A stretch of 64,000 nucleotides of DNA, from assembly GCA_963754315.1 (NCBI GenBank), contig CAVWFS010000008.1:628990-692989 (forward strand), in the 5' to 3' direction. The position numbers and the translations under genes are program-made. The notes under the pieces were generated by a model that had not been told where the DNA came from, ran no database searches, and saw only the letters and a list, made by a program, of their open reading frames with translations. Shown here piece by piece: positions 1 through 11,305 of the stretch. This DNA comes from an uncultured Candidatus Rokubacteria bacterium. Lineage in GTDB: Bacteria > Methylomirabilota > Methylomirabilia > Rokubacteriales > CSP1-6. How positions within the stretch are numbered: position 1 is the stretch's first letter; the number at the start of each line of letters is the position of its first letter.

Positions 1-1
1 C

Positions 2-460
2 GACCCTCACCCCGGCCACACGCTCTCCGTAGCGCCCGGCAAGCGTATGACGAGCAGCATGGCGCCGACCATCGTCTTTCGCGATGGAGAGCCCGTGCTG
101 GCCCTCGGACTCCCGGGAGGCGTGCGAATCTTCACATCCGTGCTCCAGGCGCTCGTCAATCTCATCGATCACGGCATGACATTGCAGGAAGCGGTGGAAG
201 CGCCGCGGATCTGGACGCAGGGGCAGGATCTGGAGGTCGAGGCGAGTGTCCCCGATACTGTGCGCGCCGCTCTGGCGGCCCGCGGCCACCAGGTGGTCTC
301 GGTACCCGCGGTGGGCGGCGGCATGAACGCGATCGCCATCGAGCCGGACGGCACGCTGACGGGCGCTGCCTGCTGGCGCGCCGATGGTACGCCGATCGGT
401 GTCAGCGGTGGCCGGGCCCGCCCGGGGATCCGCTTCAGGCCGGAGGCCGGCCGCCGCTGA
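2..460 (+). CDS. ggt: Gamma-glutamyltransferase, C-terminal part (5' end outside window)
   Basis: Open frame from base 2 reads ...APGKRMTSSMAPT...LGLPGGVRI...QEAVEAPR, matching the GGT small-subunit motifs PGKRxxSSMxP and GxPGG. Confidence 0.85.
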   Translation, partial: DPHPGHTLSVAPGKRMTSSMAPTIVFRDGEPVLALGLPGGVRIFTSVLQALVNLIDHGMTLQEAVEAPRIWTQGQDLEVEASVPDTVRAALAARGHQVVSVPAVGGGMNAIAIEPDGTLTGAACWRADGTPIGVSGGRARPGIRFRPEAGRR

Positions 461-552
461 CGGCCTCAGGCTTCAGACAGCTTGACAGTAGGGAGGCTCG
501 ACGGATCATCGCCACGCGGCGCCCGCAATCGGCGCCCCCGGAGGACCTTCCC

Positions 553-1644
553 ATGAAAGCGGCGGTATTGTACGAGGCCAACAAGGGGCTCCAAGTCGTC
601 GACGTCGAGCAGCAGGGACCGAAAGGTGGTGAGGCGCGCGTCAAGGTGATGGGCGCTGGTGTCTGCCACAGCGACTGGCACATCATGAACGGCGACTGGA
701 CGCCACCGCTGCCCATGGTCCTCGGCCACGAGGCGGCCGGCATCGTCCAGGAGGTCGGGCCGGGTGTGAGCAATGTCAGCCCCGGCGACCACATCATCTT
801 CTCGTTCCGACCCCACTGCGGGCGGTGTCTCTACTGCTCGACCGGCCGCACCATTCTCTGCGACGGGCACCCCTCGCCGCGGTGGATGATGCTCGACGGC
901 ACGCATCGATTGCACCGCAACGGGCAGCCCATCAACCAGATGGCGCGCATCGGCACCTTTTCCGAGTACGTCGTGTGCCCGGCCGAGATGCTGGTGCCGA
1001 TCCGCAAGGACATGCCGTGGGCGCCGGCGGCTCTCATGGGCTGTTGTGTGCCGACCGGGGTGGGTGCGGTCATGAGCTGCGCCAAGGTCGAGGCGGGCGC
1101 CTCGATGCTTGTCATCGGCTGCGGCGGTGTTGGCCTCAACGTGGTGCAGGGCGGCCGCCTGGTGGGCGCCGAGAAGATCATCGCGTGCGATCTTCTCGAC
1201 AACAAGCTGGCCTTCGCGAAGGAGTTCGGCGCTACCCATGCGTTCAACGCCAAGCGCGACAACGTCATCGAAGAGGTGCGCAAGCTCACCGCCGGGCGCG
1301 GCGTCGACTATGCGTTCGACGCCATCGGGAGCGAGGCCACCACGTTGCAGATCGTGGAGGCCATCCGTCCGGGTGGCACGGCCGTCATCGTGGGAATGGC
1401 CGCCATGGCCGTGCGGGCGCCCATCACGCCGTACATGATGGCCCTCCAGGAGAAGTGCATCAGGGGCACCATGTACGGCTCGGTGCGGCCGAATATCGAC
1501 TTTCCGCGCCTCGTCGACCTCTACATGGACGGTCGTCTGAAGGTCAACGAACTGGTGAGCCGAACCTACAAGCTCGAGGAGATCAACGAAGGATTCAAGG
1601 CGCTCACCAGCGGTGAGGTTGCCCGCGGGGTGGTGGTGTTCTGA
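553..1644 (+). CDS. Zn-dependent alcohol dehydrogenase (MDR family)
   Basis: CHSD, GHEAAG, CGRCLYC structural Zn motif, GCGGVG Rossmann motif; GGAGG RBS upstream. Confidence 0.92.
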   Translation: MKAAVLYEANKGLQVVDVEQQGPKGGEARVKVMGAGVCHSDWHIMNGDWTPPLPMVLGHEAAGIVQEVGPGVSNVSPGDHIIFSFRPHCGRCLYCSTGRTILCDGHPSPRWMMLDGTHRLHRNGQPINQMARIGTFSEYVVCPAEMLVPIRKDMPWAPAALMGCCVPTGVGAVMSCAKVEAGASMLVIGCGGVGLNVVQGGRLVGAEKIIACDLLDNKLAFAKEFGATHAFNAKRDNVIEEVRKLTAGRGVDYAFDAIGSEATTLQIVEAIRPGGTAVIVGMAAMAVRAPITPYMMALQEKCIRGTMYGSVRPNIDFPRLVDLYMDGRLKVNELVSRTYKLEEINEGFKALTSGEVARGVVVF

Positions 1645-1671
1645 ACACGGGCCCCGGCTGGATGCCTGCCG

Positions 1672-2613
1672 TCAGATAGCCACCAGCTGAGACCGGCCCG
1701 AGGCCACGTCGACGTCGCGGGCGGGATTGACGACGGGGGTGGACGTGTCGTCGGGGACGGTCGGACCGTCGCCGGCCACCGTCGTGCGGTGCATGACCCG
1801 GCGGTACTTCGACTCGTCCCACGGACGACCACGGTGCAGCATGCACCGGTTGTCCCACATCACGAGATCGCCTGGCTGCCACCGGTGCCGGTACACGAGC
1901 GGTGGCCTCGTGGCCTCCTCGCGCAGCTGACGCAGTAACGCCCGCGCTTCGTCGGTGGGGACGCCCACGATTTCACAGGCGTGGGAACCCACATAGAACG
2001 CCTTCCGTCCATTGGCTGGATTGACGCGGACCAGGGCTTGCCGGACCGGCGGCACCTGGGCGGCGTGCTCGGGCGGCAGGAGCCCCTCGTCCACGAGGCC
2101 GCGCGAGTACGCAAAGCTGTGAACGGCCACTTTGCCCTCGAGGAAGCTCTTCAAATCCTCTGGCAGGCGCTCGTACGCCACGCGCATGCTGGCGAACTCC
2201 GTGTCGCCGCCCTCGGGTGGGCATTCGCGGCCGGACAGGAGCGAGGCCAGCGCCGGCACTTTCTTGAAGGAGCTGTCGCTGTGCCACATCTGGTTGCCGG
2301 CGTTGAAGATGTTGCGCTTGTCTCCCGCGGGGATCAGTCGATTCTCGGCGTCGACGTTGGCAAGGTTGGAGATCTCCGGGAGCGTTTGCTCCTGGCTGGC
2401 GATACTCCGGATGGTCTTCTCGAGCGGACCGAAACGTTCGCTGAAAGCGATCTGCTGCTCGTCCGTGAGCGTCTGACGGCGAAAGAGCAGCAGCGAGTGC
2501 TCATTGAAGGCGTCCACGATCTCCTTGAACGTCGCCTCGTCGACGCGCGTCACATCGATGTCCTCGATCTCGACACCGAACAGGGGATGCAGGGTCCTCG
2601 TCGCCAGCCCCAT
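1672..2613 (-). CDS. TauD/TfdA-family alpha-ketoglutarate-dependent dioxygenase
   Basis: WHSDSSF (HxD) and WDNRCMLHRG motifs; start chosen at ATG 2613 after a GGAGGAG RBS. Confidence 0.9.
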   Translation of the reverse strand: MGLATRTLHPLFGVEIEDIDVTRVDEATFKEIVDAFNEHSLLLFRRQTLTDEQQIAFSERFGPLEKTIRSIASQEQTLPEISNLANVDAENRLIPAGDKRNIFNAGNQMWHSDSSFKKVPALASLLSGRECPPEGGDTEFASMRVAYERLPEDLKSFLEGKVAVHSFAYSRGLVDEGLLPPEHAAQVPPVRQALVRVNPANGRKAFYVGSHACEIVGVPTDEARALLRQLREEATRPPLVYRHRWQPGDLVMWDNRCMLHRGRPWDESKYRRVMHRTTVAGDGPTVPDDTSTPVVNPARDVDVASGRSQLVAI

Positions 2614-2651
2614 CGTCGCTCTCCTCCGAACCCCGATAATCGGCCCGCCCA

Positions 2652-3486
2652 TCATTTTTGCACAAGGGGCACCCACGCGGTGGTGCGGCCGCCGAGCGTG
2701 AGGTAGTGGATGTGCTCTCCGCGCGCGGTCATACCGTCCGCCCGCTTGCCCCATCGATCGTGGAAGAGCCACGTCCGCGGGTACCGATCGCTGTCCGACT
2801 GGACCCGCACCGACAGGGCCACGACCGAACGGAGTCGGTCCCGGAGCCGCGCGGCTTCGGCCTCATTGAGCGAGTTGGCGCGCCGGCGTGGATCAAGCCT
2901 CGCCTGGTACAGCACCTCGTCGGCGATCCAGTTGCCCACCCCTGCCGCGAAGGACTGGTCCAGGAGGAGCGCCTTGAGCGGCGCCGTCCGCCCGCGCACG
3001 ATCTCGCGGAATCGAGGGAGGGAGGGGATCTCGCGGAAGGCGTCAAAGCCAAGCAGGGCAATGGGGGGTTCGTGGCGGGGATCGTGGCGGAAGCGGACTC
3101 GGCCGAGACGCCGCGCGTCGGCCAGCACCAGCTCGCCCCCATCGTCGAAGGTGAGATGGAGCTTGGCGAAACGAGGCGGCCAGGTCGGCGTGGTGTCGCC
3201 ACTCGAGACGAGTTTGGCGCCCGCTCGGCGCATGGTGTGAAAGCCCCCGGTCATGCCGAAGTGAAAGAGTGGCCAGGGCCGCCTGTCCAGCTCGAACCAT
3301 AGGTGCTTGCCGTGGCGCCGCACGGCCCGGACACTTGCGCCCGCGCAGCAGGCGCTGGACCTTGGCCGGGGTCACACCGTCGAACACGATGGGATCGTCG
3401 GCGCAGCGCACGCGCCTGATCACGCGCCCGACGGCCACCCGCCGAGCGATGAGGCGTCCGACCTCGACCTCGGGCAGCTCAGGCAT
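2652..3486 (-). CDS. mutM: Fpg/Nei DNA glycosylase, zincless-finger type; single-base frameshift near 3333
   Basis: N-terminal MPELPEVE, then HGKHL, HFGMTG, DARRLG and the LLDQSFAAGVGNWIADEVL H2TH motif across two ORFs. Confidence 0.88.
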
Positions 3487-3500
3487 GCACGGCCGGTAGC

Positions 3501-4595
3501 TCAGGCATTGGGGGCCGGGCGGCGAGGCAGTACGACGACGGCCTCGCCGAGGGCGATGGTCTCGTCACGCTGGTTCACCGCCTGCAGCTGGAGGGTCACC
3601 TCACCGCGTTCGTCGACCAGATTCTTGGCGACCACGCGTCCTCGACACCACGTGGTGTCACCCAGGAGATTATGACGGCGAACCTGCACGGTGAGCCGGG
3701 ACAGGAAGCCAGCGTTTCCCATCCAATTGGTGACGAGGTGCCCCAGCCAGGCCACGCGCTCGGGGCCGTAATCGTAGGGGCCGGGGACACCCACCGCCCG
3801 CGCGAGGTCCGGGTCCCAGTGCACGCGCTCTGGTGGCTCGGGGACACCGAACTCGTTCGGGATCGCGAGCGCGGGGTGGCGCGCGAAGAGATCAAAGGCC
3901 AGGCCGTGCGCCCGGACGTAGAGGCTCCCCCAGCCCTGCACAAACGCGATGATGGAGGTCACCGTGAGCGGGCCCTTGGCCACCTCGGGGAGCGCTTCAC
4001 CCACCACGACGTCCTCCCAGGCGCGGAGCGCCGCTCCGCGCACCTCTTCCTCGGCGTAGGCCCGGCGGATGCGGGCAATCTCCGCCTCTTCGTACCGGTA
4101 GGGTTCAGCGACCGTGTACTTCCCACGCTCGCGCGCAGTATCGCGCTCCGTCCTGAAGCACCAGGAGTCGGCCTGACACACGACGCTGCCGTCGTCGGCG
4201 ACGAAGGTGGTCCGGTACGTCTGCTTGATCGCCCGCCGAGCAAAGCTTGAGGCTTTCTCCTCAAGAGCGAGGAGAATCGTGCGGCCTACTACGCGGTCAC
4301 CCTCGCGGATGGGGCGCTGCCAGCGGAAGTCGGTTCCCCCGTACATGGCGTGAATACCCGGTAGCCCGCCGACGTAGCCCGAGACGATGCGATCCATGGC
4401 GAAGAGGATCGTCGGGGGCGCAACCCGGTGCTCCGCCCAGTACGGATTCCGATCGCCGATGCCGTGCGCCCAGTGACGGATGGCATCCCGGGTCGCCACC
4501 TCGATGTAAGGATCGGGACGGCGTATTGAGCTGCCGATGAGCGCCTGGAGGCTCGCCAAGGCCTCCTCGGTGATGGTCGGAAAGCTTCTATTCAC
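3501..4595 (-). CDS. Double hot-dog MaoC/FAS1-like acyl dehydratase
   Basis: DAIRHWAHGIGDRNP, HWDPDLARAVGVP, two hot-dog halves; GTG start overlaps the upstream stop. Confidence 0.8.
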   Translation of the reverse strand: MNRSFPTITEEALASLQALIGSSIRRPDPYIEVATRDAIRHWAHGIGDRNPYWAEHRVAPPTILFAMDRIVSGYVGGLPGIHAMYGGTDFRWQRPIREGDRVVGRTILLALEEKASSFARRAIKQTYRTTFVADDGSVVCQADSWCFRTERDTARERGKYTVAEPYRYEEAEIARIRRAYAEEEVRGAALRAWEDVVVGEALPEVAKGPLTVTSIIAFVQGWGSLYVRAHGLAFDLFARHPALAIPNEFGVPEPPERVHWDPDLARAVGVPGPYDYGPERVAWLGHLVTNWMGNAGFLSRLTVQVRRHNLLGDTTWCRGRVVAKNLVDERGEVTLQLQAVNQRDETIALGEAVVVLPRRPAPNA

Positions 4596-6117
4596 CGCGT
4601 AGCGCCTGGCGATTGACTTTGCCGGCCGGGGTTCTCGGTAGGGTGGTAACGAACTCGACCTGGCGCGGATACTCGTGCTGGCCGAGACGCGTGCGCACGT
4701 GATCTTGCAGCTCGCGCTCGAGAGCCTCTCCGGCACGCACCGCCACCACGAAGGCCTTGGCGATCTGCCCACGCAGCGGATCAGGGACGGGGATCACGGC
4801 TGCCTCGCTCACCGCCGGGTGGGCCAGAAGCACGTTCTCGATCTCGAGGGCGCTCATGGTCCAGCCGGCCGAGATGATGACGTCGTCCGAACGCCCATCG
4901 TGGTAGAAATATCCGTCCTCGGTCAGACGTCCCCGGTCCTTGACGCGGAACCATCCTCCTTTGCGCCTCACCGCAATCTCGCCAGCCTGGCCAGCGGGAA
5001 GGGGTTGGTCGTCTTCATCCACCACGGCGACTTCCCACCCCGGTGCCGCCTTGCCGAGCGCGCCCCGACGCACCTGGTAGCCGGCAAAGCCGGGATAGTT
5101 GACGATGATCACGCCCACCTCGGTGCTCCCGTACATGCTGCAGGGTGTGACCCCGAAGGTCCGCTCGATGAAATCCCATGTGCGGTCGTCCATCGGCTCC
5201 CCGGTGAACGAGAGCTTGTCGAGGTGACGGGCGGGAGGTACAAACCCATCCTCGCGAGCGAGCAAGCGGAACACGGTGGGGGCCGCCGCCACGTTGGTAA
5301 TCGCGAAGGCATCCAGGGCCTGCAGAAAGCGCAGGGGGTCGAACTTGCCGGAGTAGGCGCCGGCGGCGATACCGAGCGCGAGGGGGGCGATGGTTCCGTG
5401 CCACAGGCCGTGACCCCAGGCCGGCGACGACGGACAGAAGTAACGGTCACCCCGCTCGAGCCCAAGCCCGTAGAGCGCGGCGACCATCAAGGTGACGACC
5501 GCCCGGTGAGTGTGGCGTACAGCCTCCGGCAGCGCACGCGTCGTCCCTGACGTGTACTGGAAAACGGCGAGGTCGTCGGCCGCCGTGTCTGGCGTGTGGT
5601 GGGGGCTTTCGCCCTCGAGGCGCCGGCTGAACTCCGTGTCAACGGCCACCACACGGACCGCGGGGAAGAGGGACTGCCAACGCTCCGGATCCCCTTCCAC
5701 GAGCAGCATCTGGGGCCGGCAATCGTCGATGCGCAGCGCTACGCCTTCGGGGCCGAACAGGGTGAAGAGGGGGACGGCGATGGCGCCGCGCTTCAATGTA
5801 CCGAAGAGCGCCGCGTAGAAGAACGGGGAAGGCTCGAGCATGATGCCCACCCGATCACCTTTCGCGATGCCCTGTGCGGTCAGGAAGTTGGCGAAGCGGG
5901 ATGACTGGGCTGACAACTCGCCGAAGGTGACCTCGGCCCGGCGGCCGTCGGCCCGCCAGATGCGAAGCGCGGGATCGGCGGCGGGATGGCGATCGACACA
6001 CTCGTGGGCGATGTTGAGCCGATCGAGATTGCCATCGAACAACTCCCACAGGGCGCTCCAGCGGAAGTGCTGGAGCGCCTCGGGATACCGTCGAAGGGTC
6101 AGCAGGGTGCCCTTCAT
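4588..6117 (-). CDS. Acyl-CoA synthetase / AMP-binding protein
   Basis: YTSGTT, YGSTE, GRSDDVI and LPRTPAGK motifs. Confidence 0.88.
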   Translation of the reverse strand: MKGTLLTLRRYPEALQHFRWSALWELFDGNLDRLNIAHECVDRHPAADPALRIWRADGRRAEVTFGELSAQSSRFANFLTAQGIAKGDRVGIMLEPSPFFYAALFGTLKRGAIAVPLFTLFGPEGVALRIDDCRPQMLLVEGDPERWQSLFPAVRVVAVDTEFSRRLEGESPHHTPDTAADDLAVFQYTSGTTRALPEAVRHTHRAVVTLMVAALYGLGLERGDRYFCPSSPAWGHGLWHGTIAPLALGIAAGAYSGKFDPLRFLQALDAFAITNVAAAPTVFRLLAREDGFVPPARHLDKLSFTGEPMDDRTWDFIERTFGVTPCSMYGSTEVGVIIVNYPGFAGYQVRRGALGKAAPGWEVAVVDEDDQPLPAGQAGEIAVRRKGGWFRVKDRGRLTEDGYFYHDGRSDDVIISAGWTMSALEIENVLLAHPAVSEAAVIPVPDPLRGQIAKAFVVAVRAGEALERELQDHVRTRLGQHEYPRQVEFVTTLPRTPAGKVNRQALRGE

Positions 6118-6127
6118 GCAATGTGCC

Positions 6128-6802
6128 TTACTTGACGATCTCCAGGAGTTCCACCTCGAAGACCAGGGTGGCGCCTGGCTTGATCCGGGGCGGCATGCCG
6201 CGGTCGCCGTAGGCGACGTCGGCCGGGCACACAAGCTTGGCTTTGCCCCCGACCTTCATCATCGGCATCCCTTCCGACCAGCACTTGATGACCCCGTCCA
6301 GGGGAAGGGTGGCTGGTTGTCCACGCTGGACGGAACTGTCGAATACGGTCCCGTCAATCAGCGTGCCGGTGTAGTGAACCTTGACCTTGTCGGTCGCCGT
6401 GGGCGACGCACCGGTTCCGGGCTTGACGGTGGTGACGATCACCCCCGACGGGGTCTTGTTCGCGCCCTTCTCGCTGGCCGCCTTGTCGAGAAAGGCCTGA
6501 CTGACTTTTTTCTCCGAGGCGGCAGCGACGGCCAGGCGCGACTGCTGGAGCTCCTGGAGCTTGGGCGCATAGGCGGGAAGATCAACCTTCCGAGGGCGGT
6601 TCAGCATGCCGTCGGTGAGGCCCGATTTCACGAGCTCCAGCTCGGCCTCGCTGAGGTTGAAGGGCGCAAGATTCTGGCTGAGGGCGAGCCCAAGGGCGTA
6701 GAAGGTCTTCTGCTCTTCAGTCTTCAGATCCTGACCGGTGGCGACACTCGCGGCGACACCGAAGAGAACAACGATGATGCACCAGACACTGACTTGACGC
6801 AT
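6128..6802 (-). CDS. FKBP-type peptidyl-prolyl isomerase (FkpA/Mip-like) with signal peptide
   Basis: VKVHYTGTLIDGTVFDSS, VIKCWSEG and ATLVFEVELL motifs; hydrophobic N-terminus. Confidence 0.93.
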   Translation of the reverse strand: MRQVSVWCIIVVLFGVAASVATGQDLKTEEQKTFYALGLALSQNLAPFNLSEAELELVKSGLTDGMLNRPRKVDLPAYAPKLQELQQSRLAVAAASEKKVSQAFLDKAASEKGANKTPSGVIVTTVKPGTGASPTATDKVKVHYTGTLIDGTVFDSSVQRGQPATLPLDGVIKCWSEGMPMMKVGGKAKLVCPADVAYGDRGMPPRIKPGATLVFEVELLEIVK

Positions 6803-6911
6803 AAGGCCCCTTTCTGGAAGGCGGAATCTCTGTGGGAATACCCAGCCGGCACCGCCTATGCTCGCCGGCCGAGATGCTTTAGGATAAACCGACATTCGTC
6901 GGGAGGCTCGC

Positions 6912-7472
6912 ATGCCGGAATCGATCCCCGCCTCACTCATCATCGACACCTTGAAGGATACCTTCAGAGAGGCCCGGGCGGAGCGCACGGCCGAAGGCTG
7001 GGCGTCCCCGCCGCATGATTTTCTCGGCTGGATTCTCAGCGTTCCGGATACCCATCAAAAGAGCGTGCTGGCGGCCCTGGACAAGGAGCAAGCCATCCGC
7101 GTGGTGACCTGCGCCACCGAGGACGAGGCGACGGCGGTGGCGGCCGGTCTCTACATGGGCGGCGAGCCGGTGGTCCTGATGATCCAGCACGCCGGGCTGT
7201 ACGCCTCGATCAACACGTTGCGCGGGGTATCGATGGACGGCAAGGTGCCGGTGTTCTACATGATCGGTCTGCTGAGCCGCGAGAAAGACAAGGATCCCCG
7301 TGAGTCCCGTCACTCGATGGTCCGGTACTGCGAACCGCTGCTTGACACGTTCGCGGTCCCTCACGCGAGGCTGGAAGGGCCGAACGATGTTCACCGGATC
7401 CCAGAGTACTACCGGCTGAGTCGCCAACGCCGAGGGCCGGCGGCCGTTCTGGTCGGCCTGGAGACGAGCTGA
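6912..7472 (+). CDS. TPP-dependent decarboxylase alpha subunit (sulfopyruvate/phosphonopyruvate decarboxylase ComD-like)
   Basis: SVPDT, ATEDEATAVAAGLYMGG, LMIQHAGL..SIN; adjacent to a beta subunit. Confidence 0.7.
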   Translation: MPESIPASLIIDTLKDTFREARAERTAEGWASPPHDFLGWILSVPDTHQKSVLAALDKEQAIRVVTCATEDEATAVAAGLYMGGEPVVLMIQHAGLYASINTLRGVSMDGKVPVFYMIGLLSREKDKDPRESRHSMVRYCEPLLDTFAVPHARLEGPNDVHRIPEYYRLSRQRRGPAAVLVGLETS

Positions 7473-7473
7473 C

Positions 7474-8052
7474 ATGGCCATGAAGCCCGAGACCGTGCTG
7501 CGCGCCATCGCTGCCGCCCGGGGTGATGCGATCTGCGTTCCCACCATGACCACTGCGCCCGCATGGCGGACGATCGCCCCCGATGACCTCTCGATCAGCT
7601 GCGTGGGCTTCATGGGGGGCGCCTCCTCCATGGGACTGGGGCTTGCCCTGGCTCGCCCCGAGCGCCGTGTACTCGTGTTCGACGGGGACGGTTCCCTGCT
7701 CATGCAGCTCGGCTCGCTCGCCACCACGGCCGGTGCTCGCCCCCGGAACCTCGTTCACTTCATCTTCAAGAACGGCGTGTACCACACCTCGGGATCGCAG
7801 GAGGTTCCCGGCGGGCTCGGCGTTGACTTCGTGATGATGGCGAAGGGCGCGGGATACCGGAACGCGTATGCCATCCACGAGGAGGACGAGTTCCGCCGCC
7901 GTCTACCCGGGATCTTGACCGAGGAGGGGCCGATCCTGGTGGAGCTGTACACGACCCTGGCCGACCAGACTCCCATGACCGCGCGTGGCGGTGTGCCGTT
8001 TCCGGAGCAGGTCGACCGCATGCGGACGCGACTGCTGGCCTCGCGGTCCTGA
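7474..8052 (+). CDS. TPP-dependent decarboxylase beta subunit (ComE-like)
   Basis: MGGASSMGLGLALA, DGDGSLLMQLGSL and NGVY TPP-binding motif. Confidence 0.75.
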   Translation: MAMKPETVLRAIAAARGDAICVPTMTTAPAWRTIAPDDLSISCVGFMGGASSMGLGLALARPERRVLVFDGDGSLLMQLGSLATTAGARPRNLVHFIFKNGVYHTSGSQEVPGGLGVDFVMMAKGAGYRNAYAIHEEDEFRRRLPGILTEEGPILVELYTTLADQTPMTARGGVPFPEQVDRMRTRLLASRS

Positions 8053-9666
8053 TGACGACACCAGCCATCGGTCGGCCCGAGTTTTTCCGGCCGCATCTGG
8101 AGTATCCGCGCGTTCCCTACGACCGGATGCTGACGCACGCGGCCGCGCGGTACCCGGAGAACGTCGCCGTCGTCTTTCGCGACGTGAGCCTCACCTATCG
8201 TGAGCTGGAAGGGCTGACGACCCGCTTTGCCCACGCCCTCCGCGGGCTCGGGATCAAGCACGGCGACAAGGTTTGTCTCTTGACCTCCAACTGTCCCGAG
8301 TACGTCATCGCCTTCTACGGCATCGCCAGGGTGGGGGCCGTGGTCAGCCCCATGAATCCCTCCTACCGCGAGCGCGAGATCGAATATCAGCTCAACGACG
8401 CCGAGGCGGTGGCCATCGTGGTCCACACCGAGCTGCTGCCCCTGGTGGAATCGGTACGGGCGCGACTACCCCGGCTCCGGCACGTCATCGCCATCGGCCC
8501 GGGAGCGCCCCCCGTGGGAGCGCGGGTCGAGCGCCTGAGCGCGCTCATCGAGCGCGAGCGGCCGGTGCCGCCGCCTCCCGTCGAGATCGGGGACCGTGAT
8601 CTGGTGGCGCTGCCCTACTCGAGCGGGACGACGGGGCTTCCCAAGGGAGTGATGCTCACCCACGCGAACCTCGTCGCCAACAACATCCAGCTGATTGCCA
8701 CCTTGCGGCTGCGGGAGAGCGATCGCTTGCTGATCTTCCTGCCCTTCTATCACATCTACGGCGCGATGCTCATGGGCGGCGCCATGTATGCGGGGGCGAC
8801 CGCGGTGCTGATGGAGCGCTTCGACCCGGCCGAATGCCTGCGGCTGGTCGCGCGCCACCGGATCACCATGCTCTTCGTGGTCCCTCCGGTGCTCTTGATG
8901 TTCTGCGGATGGTCCGAGCTGAAGAACTACGACCTCAGCAGCCTCCGCTTCTGCATGGTGGGCGCGGCTCCGCTGGCGCCCGAGCTGGCGCGTCGCTTCC
9001 GCGACCTCACCGGCGTCCCCGTGCTGCAAGGCTACGGGCTCACGGAGGCCTCTCCCCTCACGCACCTCAACCCGGTGCAGGATGACACGCTCAACGTGGT
9101 CGACGCCGCCGGCCTCCTGGTGCACGACACCGAGCAGAAGATCGTGGACGTGGAGACGGGCACCACGATCCTGGGGCCGGGCGAGGTTGGCGAAATCTGC
9201 ATCCGCGGTCCCCAGGTGATGGCGGGGTACTGGAAAGCGCCCGAGGCGACGGCGGTCGCAATCCGCGACGGCTGGCTCTTCACAGGGCGACATCGGCTAC
9301 GCGGACGAGCACGGCTACACCTTCGTGAAGGACCGAAAGAAGGAGATGATCAAATACAAGGGCTTCGGGATTGCCCCGGCCGAGATCGAGGCCGTCCTCC
9401 TCGAGCACCCTGGTGTGGCCGACGCGGCCGTGATCGGCAAGCCGGATCAGGAAGCGGGAGAGATTCCCAAGGCGTTCGTCGTCCGGCGGGCCAGCCATGC
9501 TGACCTCAGCGGGGAGGACGTCGCAGACTTCGTGAAAGGCCGTCTGGCTGGCTACAAGACGGTGCGAGAGGTGGAGTTCGTGGAGGCCATTCCCAAGAAT
9601 CCGTCCGGCAAGATTCTCCGACGTGTTTTGAGAGAGCAGGAGTCCCAGAAGGGAGGCACTTCGTGA
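8052..9666 (+). CDS. Long-chain-fatty-acid/4-coumarate CoA ligase-like; frameshift near 9285
   Basis: YSSGTTGLPKG and QGYGLTE; the GWLFTGD(IG) motif is broken by an extra G, and DRKKEMIKYKG..IPKNPSGKILRR continue in the next frame. Confidence 0.87.
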
Positions 9667-11301
9667 AGGTTCCAGCAGCGGTGGCGGAGATCCTGAAGCG
9701 TGAAGGGGTGAAGTTCCTCATCGGTTATCCGGTGAACAGCATCATCGAGGCGGCCGCCCAGGCCGATATCCGGACCATCATCGTTCGGCAGGAGCGCACG
9801 GGGCTGCACATGGCCGATGCGGTGAGCCGGGTGACCTCCGGCCGGCAGATCGGCGTCTTCGCCATGCAGCACGGTCCGGGAACCGAGAACGCCTTCGGTG
9901 GCGTGGCGCAGGCCTACGGCGATTCCTCGCCCATCGTGGTCCTCCCGGGCGGCTATCCCCGTCGCATCACCAACATTCCGCCGAATTTCAACGCCTTCCT
10001 GAACTACCAGCACGTCACCAAGTCTGTGGAGCAGGTGATCCTGCCCACGTCTGTTCCCGATGCCATGCGGCGCGCGTTCACCCAGGTCCGGAACGGACGG
10101 CCGCGGCCGGTCATGGTGGAATTTCCCGTCGATCTCTTCCAGGAAGACGTTCCGGAGCCGCTCGACTACAAGCCGGCTCCGATCGCGCGTTACGGCCCCG
10201 ATCCCAGGGCGGTGGCAGACGTGGCGCGGGTGCTGGTCGCCGCCGAACGCCCCGTCATCTATGCCGGACAGGGCGTGCACTACGCGCAGGCGTGGCCTCG
10301 GCTGCGTGAGCTCGCCGAGCTGCTGGAGGCACCGGTGACCACGAGCCTGCAGGGAAAGAGCGCCTTTCCTGAAAATCATCCGCTGTCGCTCGGGTCGGGT
10401 GGCCGCTCCATTCCCAAGACGGTGCATCACTTCTTGCGAGGAAGCCGACGTCATCTTCGGCATCGGCTGCAGCTTCGCCACCACCAACTACGGCGTGGCC
10501 ATGCCGGCCGGGAAGCGGATCGTCCACGCCACGCTTGACCCGGCCGACCTCAACAAGGACGTGCGAGCCGACCACGTCTTGGTGGGCGATGCCGGGCTGA
10601 CCCTGGAAGCGCTGGTGGCCGAGGTGCGCGACCGACTCAAGGGGCAGCCGCGTGGACGCGCCGATGATGTGGCGCGTGAGATCAAGGGCATCAAGGCCGA
10701 GTGGCTGGCCCAGTGGATGCCCAAGCTCACCTCGGACGAGACGCCCCTGTCCCCCTATCGGGTGCTGTGGGATCTGATGCACACCGTCGATGTGCCCAAC
10801 ACGATCATCACTCACGACGCGGGGAGCCCGCGCGATCAGATCTCGCCCTTCTGGGAGAGCACCGCTCCCCTCAGCTACATCGGCTGGGGCAAGACCACCC
10901 AGCTTGGCTATGGCCTGGGACTGGCCATGGGCGCCAAGCTGGCCCACCCAGACAAGCTCTGCATCAACGTGTGGGGTGATGCCGCGATCGGCTTCACCGG
11001 CATGGACTTCGAGACGGCGGTGCGCGAGCGCATCCCGATCCTCTCTGTCCTGCTCAACAACTTCTCGATGGCCATCGAGCTGCCCATCATGAAGGTCTCG
11101 ACGGAGAAGTACCGCAGCACCGACATCAGCGGGAACTACGCCGACATGGCCAAGGCCTTCGGGGGCTACGGCGAGCGGGTGACGTCGCCTGCCGAGATCA
11201 TTCCGGCCATCAAGCGCGGGATCCGGAAGACGCAGGAGGGGACGCCCGTCCTGCTGGAGTTCCTCACCCAGAAGGAGATCGAGTTCTCGATATTCAAGTA
11301 G
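9663..11301 (+). CDS. Acetolactate-synthase-like TPP-dependent enzyme; frameshift near 10437
   Basis: RQERTGLHMADA, QHGPGTEN, AERPVIYAGQG, then LGYGLGLAMGAKLA and WGDAAIG..NN in the second frame. Confidence 0.85.
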
Positions 11302-11305
11302 AGCC

